A stretch of DNA of 32,832 bases, from positions 1-32,832 of the forward strand of contig JBDRGF010000153.1 of assembly GCA_043818055.1 (NCBI GenBank), written 5' to 3'. The stretch comes from Pseudomonadota bacterium (GTDB lineage Bacteria; UBA10199; 2-02-FULL-44-16; JBDRGF01). Under the pieces are notes generated by a model. The model ran no database searches, was not told the DNA's origin, and saw only the letters and a list, made by a program, of their open reading frames with translations. This document shows positions 26,165 through 32,832 of the stretch, piece by piece; positions within the stretch are counted from its first letter, which is position 1, and each line of letters begins with the position of its first letter. Position numbers and translations under genes: made by a program.

Positions 26165-28294
26165 ATGAAAGTTACTATCAACGAAAAACAATTAGATGCT
26201 TCAGTCGGCGAAACTATTTTGAGCGTCGCACAAAGAAATAACATCGAAATCCCAACTCTGTGTTATCAAAACGAGCTCAAGCCTTTCGCCTCGTGCTTCA
26301 TCTGTGCGGTTGAGGTCGAGGGGATGAATCGACTGGTGCCATCGTGCGCAACGCCGGTTTCCGATGGAATGGTAATTCACACTGAGAGTGATCGCGTGAA
26401 GGCATCACGCAAGATGTGTGTAGAGCTTCTCTTCTCAGATCATGTCGGCGATTGTCATGGGCCGTGTCAGGTGAGTTGTCCTGCAGGTATCGATATCCCG
26501 GGCTTTATCTCGCTGCTCGCAAGTGATCGCGAAGCAGAGGCGCTCAAACTCATCAAAGAGACAATGCCGATGCCGGCGGCGTTGGGTCGCATCTGTCCGC
26601 GGCCCTGCGAAGGTGAGTGTCGTCGCGCGTGTGAGGATGATCCGGTTTCGATCTGCTATTTGAAGCGTTACGTTGCAGACTACGATTTAAAACTTTCAGC
26701 ACCATATATTCCCCAAGTTTCAGCAGACACCGGTAAAAAAGTTGCGGTGATAGGCTCTGGCCCGGCAGGTTTAGCTGCTGCATTTTATCTTCGCATCAAT
26801 GGCTATGCTGTCGATGTTTTCGATGCGCATGAAGAGGCTGGCGGCATGCTCAGATACGGCATTCCTGGATATCGCTTGCCGAGGGATGTGCTCGCCAAAG
26901 AAATCGGTCTCATCGAAAAGATGGGTGTGACGATTACGCAGAATGCAAAGATCGGGAAAGATCGATCGCTTAAAAAACTGGTCGACAATTATGATGCGCT
27001 CTTTTTGGCGATCGGCTGTCAATCATCATCCGGCATGCGAGCCGATGGTGAGAATAGCGAAGGCGTTGTGCCCGGCATTTCGTTTTTAGAGAATGCTGCG
27101 TGTGGAAATGAGATAGATGTTGGAGATCGCGTTGTAGTAGTCGGCGGAGGAAACACCGCTGTCGATTGCGCACGCACCAGTCTGCGTTTGGGCGCTAAGG
27201 AAGTTGTCATGCTCTACAGAAGAACGCGCGCGGAGATGCCGGCCGATGCGATTGAAATCGAAGCAGCTGAAGAGGAGGGTATTAAGTTTGAATTTTTAGC
27301 CGCGCCAACAATGATCGAACGTGTCGATGACAGACTGAAAATTACATCTATAAGAATGGGACTCGGAGAGTCAGATGCGAGCGGCCGACGTCGCCCAGTG
27401 CCAAAAAAGGGCAGCGAATTTGAAATGGATACCTCTCTCATGATTTCGGCAATAGGTCAGCGCGTTGAGAGCAGGGAGCTCGGTCTTGACGAGCTCAAAA
27501 TTAAAATGACCGATTGGGGAACGATCATTGCCAACAATGACTCGTTGCAGACGACCAATCCAAAGATCTTCTCAGGCGGCGATTGCGTCACCGGCGCGGA
27601 CATTGCAGTGAGAGCGATTGAAGCAGGACGTCGTGCGGCAACGGCGATCGACCAATTTTTGAAGAATGAAAAGGTTGTCGGTATTCCTGCACATTATGTT
27701 CATAAGATTGCAGAGGAACGCGACAAGACTCCGAAGGATGTTTTGGAAAAAATTTTTGAAGGGATAGAGAAGAGAAAAAAGGAGCGAATGGAGGAGTTGA
27801 AGGCGGGCAAGAGAATAAAAAGCTTTGATGAGGTCGAACAGGGCTTTACATCGAAGCAGGCAAAGAAGGAGGCCGAGCGTTGCCTTGCCTGCGGCTGTCG
27901 TTCGTATGAGTCGTGTACGATGAGAAGATTAGCTGATACTTACAAAGCAGATCCAAAGAGATGGCTCGGATCGATCCGAGAATTTCATGTCGACGAATCT
28001 CATGAAAAAATTCGTTACGAATCTCACAAGTGCATCATGTGCGGGTCGTGTATCCGTGTCTGTTCCGAGGTGAAGCATCTCGATGCGTTAGGATTTGTAT
28101 GGCGTGGATTTCCAGCCAGGATGCGGCCACAGATGGAAAAGCCGTGGAAGTTATCGACATGTGATGCCTGCCTCAAATGTGTTCCGATGTGTCCTACCGG
28201 CGCAATCTCCCTCAAAGTCACCCCCGGTGAAGACTCTCTCGCTCGCATGAAGGGTAAAGACGCGAGTAAGGATGTATCTAAAGAAAGTGTTTGA
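26165..28294 (+). CDS. FAD/NADP-dependent Fe-S oxidoreductase: NuoG-type 2Fe-2S, GltD-like core, C-terminal 4Fe-4S (StnC/NsoC-like)
   Basis: IPTLC..SCFICAVE..PSC; PCQVSCPAG, GRICPRPCE; IGSGPAG (FAD); VGGGNTAVD and YRR (NADP); EAERCLACGC; KCIMCGSCIRVC, CDACLKCVPMCPTGA. Confidence 0.88.
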   Translation: MKVTINEKQLDASVGETILSVAQRNNIEIPTLCYQNELKPFASCFICAVEVEGMNRLVPSCATPVSDGMVIHTESDRVKASRKMCVELLFSDHVGDCHGPCQVSCPAGIDIPGFISLLASDREAEALKLIKETMPMPAALGRICPRPCEGECRRACEDDPVSICYLKRYVADYDLKLSAPYIPQVSADTGKKVAVIGSGPAGLAAAFYLRINGYAVDVFDAHEEAGGMLRYGIPGYRLPRDVLAKEIGLIEKMGVTITQNAKIGKDRSLKKLVDNYDALFLAIGCQSSSGMRADGENSEGVVPGISFLENAACGNEIDVGDRVVVVGGGNTAVDCARTSLRLGAKEVVMLYRRTRAEMPADAIEIEAAEEEGIKFEFLAAPTMIERVDDRLKITSIRMGLGESDASGRRRPVPKKGSEFEMDTSLMISAIGQRVESRELGLDELKIKMTDWGTIIANNDSLQTTNPKIFSGGDCVTGADIAVRAIEAGRRAATAIDQFLKNEKVVGIPAHYVHKIAEERDKTPKDVLEKIFEGIEKRKKERMEELKAGKRIKSFDEVEQGFTSKQAKKEAERCLACGCRSYESCTMRRLADTYKADPKRWLGSIREFHVDESHEKIRYESHKCIMCGSCIRVCSEVKHLDALGFVWRGFPARMRPQMEKPWKLSTCDACLKCVPMCPTGAISLKVTPGEDSLARMKGKDASKDVSKESV

Positions 28295-28399
28295 GTGTAG
28301 AAGTATAGGAGTGTTTAAGTTGTTAAAATCCTTGCTATCATACAATAGTTGATCTAGTACCGTGATAATTAAATTTACGAAGCGCTAGAAGTCCAGATT

Positions 28400-30040
28400 A
28401 TGAGTGACCCCCTTCACCAAATTTTGCTGCTCTTCGGAATGGCCATGTTCTTTGGCCTCACCGGTGGCAAGATATTCCGTTACTTTAAAATTCCACAGGT
28501 CGTGGGATACATCATTATAGGAATCATATTGGGGATGTCGGGTCTTGGCATCTTTGACAAGGACACGATCCGTGAACTGGGACCGTTTACGAATTTTGCG
28601 CTGGGGCTGATCGGCTTCATGATTGGCGGCGAACTTAAATTTTCGACATTTAAAAAATATGGAAAGAGCATCATAACGATTATGCTGTTCGAAGGCATGT
28701 TCGCGTACTTACTCGTCGGCGCCGCATGCTATATTTTTACCAGGAACATAGCTCTGTCGATTCTTTTGGCCGCCCTCTCGTCCGCTACGGCCCCTGCAGC
28801 AACCGCCGATGTGATATGGGAATATAAGGCGAAGGGTGTCCTCTCCGCGACCGTACTTGCGATCATCGCACTCGATGACGGCCTCTCTCTAATGCTCTAT
28901 GGTCTCTCCAAGGTCTTTGCAGAGAGCGCCATCACCGGTAAATCATTTTCAATCCTTCATTCCCTCGGGCACCCGATCTTAGAACTTGGATCTTCATTGC
29001 TGCTTGGGGCACTAACAGGCGTCATTATCAATTTTGTCATAAAAAGAATTCATGAGGTGACTGAAAAAGAACACCTCCTCGTAACCTCTCTGGGAGCGAT
29101 CCTTATTACGAGCGGTGTCGCCTCAATCTTCAATCTCGATCTGATACTCTGCAACATGGCGCTTGGAATGACACTCATCAATATAAACCCCAAGCGCAGC
29201 CAACAATTATTTGCAATGACAAAACAGATCGCCGCCCCTGTATATGTGATATTCTTTGTGCTCATCGGCGCGAGATTGCAGGTCAATGCGCTCGCCGGCA
29301 TGGGAGCTGTAGGTGGCATCTATCTCATCTTCCGAACTTTGGGAAAAGTTTCGGGTTCATATGTTGGTGCGATCGTTGCCAAAGCGGACATCAAGGTAAA
29401 AAGGTATTTAGGCACGTGCCTCTTTTCGCAAGCGGGTGTGGCTATCGGACTTGCGATTGCCATATATCAAAATTTTAGCAAGATGGGGCCTCAGGGAGAG
29501 GCGATTGGGTTAAGTATTTTAAATATAATCACTGCAACAACCTTCGTCGTTCAGATGATAGGCCCCTCCTGTGTCAAATGGTCGATTGGCAAGGCGGGTG
29601 AAATCGGCAGAGAGGTGAATGAGGAGGATATACTAAATAAGTATAAAGTCTCCGAAATAATGGCCGAAAATCCGACCGTCATAAGCGAGAAGGATGATTA
29701 CAATGCTGTGATGAAAAAATTGAAGGAGAGCGAATTTGTCTACTTTCCTGTCGTAGATATTAAAAATAATTTTAAAGGGATTATTCAGCTTGACCATATT
29801 CGATCTATACTCTTTGAAGAGGAGCTTAATCCGTTGATCAAGGCGGTCGATATGATGGTAACTGATGCGAGCCCAGTTTTACCCAGTGATAAACTTTTAA
29901 AAGCTTCACAGCTTTTCGATTTTGAAGAATATGACTACCTTCCCGTCCTCAACAAGCAGGGAAAGCTTGAAGGCGTCCTGCCAAGAAGATCGCTGAAAAA
30001 ATTTATTAAAAGAAAGCTTTGGGAAGCGGAAGTTGGCTGA
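28400..30040 (+). CDS. Cation:proton antiporter with tandem C-terminal CBS domains
   Basis: KIPQVVGYIIIG, SATAPAAT, IIALDD, FFVLIGA, QAGVAIGL; CBS pair (VSEIM...YFPVVD; YLPVLN). Confidence 0.9.
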   Translation: MSDPLHQILLLFGMAMFFGLTGGKIFRYFKIPQVVGYIIIGIILGMSGLGIFDKDTIRELGPFTNFALGLIGFMIGGELKFSTFKKYGKSIITIMLFEGMFAYLLVGAACYIFTRNIALSILLAALSSATAPAATADVIWEYKAKGVLSATVLAIIALDDGLSLMLYGLSKVFAESAITGKSFSILHSLGHPILELGSSLLLGALTGVIINFVIKRIHEVTEKEHLLVTSLGAILITSGVASIFNLDLILCNMALGMTLININPKRSQQLFAMTKQIAAPVYVIFFVLIGARLQVNALAGMGAVGGIYLIFRTLGKVSGSYVGAIVAKADIKVKRYLGTCLFSQAGVAIGLAIAIYQNFSKMGPQGEAIGLSILNIITATTFVVQMIGPSCVKWSIGKAGEIGREVNEEDILNKYKVSEIMAENPTVISEKDDYNAVMKKLKESEFVYFPVVDIKNNFKGIIQLDHIRSILFEEELNPLIKAVDMMVTDASPVLPSDKLLKASQLFDFEEYDYLPVLNKQGKLEGVLPRRSLKKFIKRKLWEAEVG

Positions 30041-30047
30041 GAACCTG

Positions 30048-31088
30048 TCACTCAACAACATTGCTGATCGGAATTACACCGATATCTTTTATTAAAGATA
30101 CATCTTCAAAGAGCCGTTTTTTATTGTTCGCATATAGCACAGTTCCCGTGATGGCCTTCATAAAGTAGTTGGCAAACATCCATATTAGGGAAATTGCCAA
30201 CATGATCTCTGCCTTGCTCACCTCGCCGGATGCTATCACGTCGCCACTTATATAGGGGCTCATCAGAGCTACCATCGCAACGTTGGTTGTTCCTAATCCT
30301 CCGGGGGTTATTGGCAAAGAACCGATGATAAAAACAATCGGAATATAACAAAGAATTTTAATGAAAGGAATTGTGACTCCAAACGTCTTCACAGCCAAAT
30401 ACATTCCAATCAATATCATCATATGAAGCGGCAGTCGCATCAGACAGACCTTCATGTAATCACTGACGGTCGCCTTTCTAAATACGGCGAACGCCTTTTT
30501 TGATCGTACCCAGTGCATAGCACCGTTCAAAATCTTCACCCTGATCAACCGATCAAACCAACCTCTCCAAAAACCTATCCACAAAATCAAGGAGAGATAA
30601 AGAATCAGAGAAATCATGCGAACATATTCTCCAAAATCGATTCCATTATAAGTGATGTGCTGCAGAAATGTGCCGAGAAAGGCGAAATTGATAAGCCAGA
30701 ATAGATCGATGACGATCATAAAAAAGAAGATGCTGAGCGATTGGGAGATCGGAATTTTGTAACGGCGCTTTAAGTAGTAAGCAAATGTCGCTTGGCTTGC
30801 CGCATAATTGATCACCATTATCAGATAGGTGATGCCTCTGCCTAATATCACGTCCTTTAATTTTACCGGCTTCGAAAACAACTTCACAGTTCTCGTGATA
30901 ACCACACTGTCAAACAGATACATAACAAAAAAATATACTACCGCGAATAAAGAAAAATGTAATAATTTCAGGTGCTTAGTCGCCCCCCATATCTTAGAGG
31001 GAGGGTACTCCCTAAAGATGAAGAAAAAGATGAGAATCGTAACAATCCAGGGTGCGATATCTTTTATTTTAAAAAGCACGTTTTTCAT
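30048..31088 (-). CDS. Lysylphosphatidylglycerol synthase TM / flippase-like membrane protein
   Basis: Multi-TM protein with SLPITPGGLGT motif. Confidence 0.8.
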   Translation of the reverse strand: MKNVLFKIKDIAPWIVTILIFFFIFREYPPSKIWGATKHLKLLHFSLFAVVYFFVMYLFDSVVITRTVKLFSKPVKLKDVILGRGITYLIMVINYAASQATFAYYLKRRYKIPISQSLSIFFFMIVIDLFWLINFAFLGTFLQHITYNGIDFGEYVRMISLILYLSLILWIGFWRGWFDRLIRVKILNGAMHWVRSKKAFAVFRKATVSDYMKVCLMRLPLHMMILIGMYLAVKTFGVTIPFIKILCYIPIVFIIGSLPITPGGLGTTNVAMVALMSPYISGDVIASGEVSKAEIMLAISLIWMFANYFMKAITGTVLYANNKKRLFEDVSLIKDIGVIPISNVVE

Positions 31089-31096
31089 AAAATAGT

Positions 31097-31126
31097 TAGC
31101 AACTTTTCTGAGGCATATGCCGATAA
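31097..31126 (+). promoter_or_regulatory. Candidate sigma28-like promoter TAGCAACTTT-N12-GCCGATAA
   Basis: Third copy, with a perfect FliA-type -10 GCCGATAA. Confidence 0.65.
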
Positions 31127-31131
31127 GTAGT

Positions 31132-31278
31132 ATGCAAGCTAGATACGATTCTAGCGTAAGTCAAACGAAATAAAGCTTTGGCGAGGCAGGGGAGAAGGAG
31201 ATATTCCTCGCCACCTCAATCCCCCAACTCCTTCCCCCAAAATTTTGGCCCGGGCCGCAAGGCTCGGGCCTTCTTTTT
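31132..31278 (+). ncRNA. Candidate small RNA or leaderless 13-codon sORF transcript
   Basis: Lies between the promoter motif and a + strand terminator with no other + strand gene; internal TGGCGAGG/CCTCGCCA stem. Confidence 0.45.
31247..31278 (+). terminator. Rho-independent terminator
   Basis: GGCCCGGGCC-GCAA-GGCTCGGGCC followed by TTCTTTTT. Confidence 0.8.
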
Positions 31279-31285
31279 GCTCACC

Positions 31286-31879
31286 TCAGCCTCTATAATT
31301 CAAACCCAGCAAATACAGTTCTTTCGAATGTTTGCGCGTAGCGGGCGGAACAACCTGAACGACCTTTTCAAATTTAGATTGTAACAATTTTCTAAACTCT
31401 AACACCTCCTGACCTGAAAAAATCTTCGCTATAAAACTCCCCTTAATTTTTAATAGAATTTGTGCGACCTCGAACGCAACCACGCAAAGCTCATATGAAA
31501 GGTATGCATCCTTGAAAGCAACTCCCGATGTATTTGGCGCCATGTCAGAGACTACCAAATCGATATCCCCTCCCGCCTCGACCTTCAGTCTTTCAATGAT
31601 AGCATCATCCTCCATCGACCCTTGAATAAATTTGACATTGGGTGGAAGCTCGATTTTCAAAGGCAAAAGATCAACGCCTACCACCTTTCCAGACTCCCCT
31701 ACCATCTGAGATAGCTCAATCAGCCAGCCGCCGGGAGCGCATCCCAAATCGACTATCTTCTGTCCTCTTTTTATCAGCGAAAATCGCCTCTGAAACTCGA
31801 CCAGCTTATAGGCCGCCCGGGAGGCCTTTCCCTCCTCTTTTGCCTTTCTGTAATAATGGTCTTTTCTGTCGTATGCCAT
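31286..31879 (-). CDS. rlmE: 23S rRNA Um2552 2'-O-methyltransferase (FtsJ family)
   Basis: DHYYRKAK, SRAAYKL, VDLGCAPGGW, VVSDMAPN, AKIF, ATRKHSKELY; TATAAT lies 7 nt before the ATG (possibly leaderless). Confidence 0.95.
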   Translation of the reverse strand: MAYDRKDHYYRKAKEEGKASRAAYKLVEFQRRFSLIKRGQKIVDLGCAPGGWLIELSQMVGESGKVVGVDLLPLKIELPPNVKFIQGSMEDDAIIERLKVEAGGDIDLVVSDMAPNTSGVAFKDAYLSYELCVVAFEVAQILLKIKGSFIAKIFSGQEVLEFRKLLQSKFEKVVQVVPPATRKHSKELYLLGLNYRG

Positions 31880-31987
31880 AGCGAAAATTATACCCCAAAC
31901 GCTTGATTTTGAGGGGTTGATACCCCATCTATCTCTAGCACCTTACAGTAAAAAACTAGTAATTTCAAGTATATATAAATGGGAAAG

Positions 31988-32004
31988 TTGGCAAAGGAAT
32001 TGCA
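31988..32004 (+). promoter_or_regulatory. Sigma54 (-24/-12) promoter
   Basis: TTGGCAAAGGAATTGCA: GG-N10-GC spacing, about 30 nt before the ATG. Confidence 0.7.
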
Positions 32005-32035
32005 AATAGAACAGGCGAAGACTTAAGGAGGCAAT

Positions 32036-32668
32036 ATGGTTAACAGCATCAATGTAAAAAATTTGGGATTATCGATAATAACGGGAATAGCTGAAGGTAG
32101 GTCTATTCAGGAGCTCTTACCCCAAGAGGGGCTTAAAACCACTCCACAAAAACTTTCTGACAAATACAAATCAACTCAAACAGGTTCCGCTGCAAGGTTT
32201 AGTAACGACGCAAAGGCTTATGTAGAGGGAAAATCCCCCGAATTCCGACTGGCACACCTTCTGGCAATACTTCACAAAGAGGGAAAATTTGGACTGGCAG
32301 GCAAAATATTAAAGGCTGCTCTTGAGAATGTTTATGCTACCGAAAATGGAGGCAAGGTCTCTTCACAGCTCTGGACAAAGGAAAAAGTCACAAAAGTCTT
32401 TGAAATCCTTAGAAAAAATGAAATTCCCATTACCAGCCATCCTATGGTTAGAGAGACCTTGGGAGAGAGAGATTTGAATCTATTGGCCAACCAGATCACA
32501 AGAGAGGCTAACAAAAATATCGAATACGCATCAGTGGACTTTGAAATTGACAATTTGACCGATAAAGAAATTTGGGCCCGCATTGATGCAAGCCAATATG
32601 CGCCTGAAATCCTGGATAGAGGGGCAGCGCGAATTTTCAAAAATACAAAAAAGTCTGCAATCTGCTAA
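32036..32668 (+). CDS. Hypothetical protein (210 aa)
   Basis: Strong AAGGAGG RBS, sigma54 site upstream; no family recognised. Confidence 0.75.
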   Translation: MVNSINVKNLGLSIITGIAEGRSIQELLPQEGLKTTPQKLSDKYKSTQTGSAARFSNDAKAYVEGKSPEFRLAHLLAILHKEGKFGLAGKILKAALENVYATENGGKVSSQLWTKEKVTKVFEILRKNEIPITSHPMVRETLGERDLNLLANQITREANKNIEYASVDFEIDNLTDKEIWARIDASQYAPEILDRGAARIFKNTKKSAIC

Positions 32669-32753
32669 AAACTTACATCTGACAAAAAAATAACTAATCG
32701 GGATAGGAGCAAGGAGCATCAGTGATGACACCCCTTGCAACCCCCCGTTGCAC

Positions 32754-32785
32754 GTAGCGTGCGGGTTTCCCGCACTACGCGCTAC
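32754..32785. repeat. GTAG-type REP-like hairpin
   Basis: GTAGCGTGCGGG-TTT-CCCGCACTACGCGCTAC; adjacent TGCAAC/GTTGCA stem. Confidence 0.45.
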
Positions 32786-32832
32786 AAGCAGACGTTGCCC
32801 CACGAAGCTGTTTTGATGTAAACAACTTTCCT

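Noticed and set aside
23689..28294. Annotation as complex I (nuoEFG), hydrogenase or glutamate synthase
   Set aside because: No other nuo genes, no H-cluster or NiFe motifs, no gltB; the architecture fits a stand-alone soluble flavoenzyme.
31178..31384. 68-aa + strand ORF
   Set aside because: TTG start without RBS; runs through a strong terminator and antisense into rlmE.

Overview
Bacterial chromosomal window, probably from an uncultured, anaerobic-capable deltaproteobacterial-type organism (inferred from the split atpBE locus, the N-terminally extended c subunit and the hopanoid genes). Left to right it holds: a partial orphan ORF; a HEPN-MNT toxin-antitoxin pair whose HEPN gene carries one in-frame TAG; an orphan; a 7-gene V/A-type ATPase operon (E-C-A-B-D-I-K, with a Na+-type K ring); a helical orphan; tRNA-Arg(ACG) followed by a 180-bp module that re-copies the tRNA 3' end; a DUF5684-like membrane protein; stand-alone F-type atpB/atpE; hpnH, an hpnG-like gene and a polyprenyl synthase; a lysine fermentation cluster (kdd-kamA-kamD-kamE-kce); a DAG-kinase-family gene; an outer-membrane beta-barrel; a fused NuoE-NuoF plus GltD/NuoG-type flavoprotein (Stn/Nso-like bifurcating complex); a CBS-domain cation/H+ antiporter; an LPG-synthase-TM membrane protein; rlmE; and a sigma54-preceded orphan. 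The most striking unexplained structure is a set of about 12 intergenic elements, mostly hairpins built from degenerate 7-nt tandem repeats in several sequence families. They occupy all six junctions of the V-ATPase operon and many other junctions, and often supply stop codons, C-termini or start-proximal sequence. Also notable are a recurring TAGCAACTTT-N11/12-GMCGATAM (sigma28-like) promoter motif in front of two orphans and a candidate small RNA, and an in-frame palindromic insertion inside the NuoEF gene.
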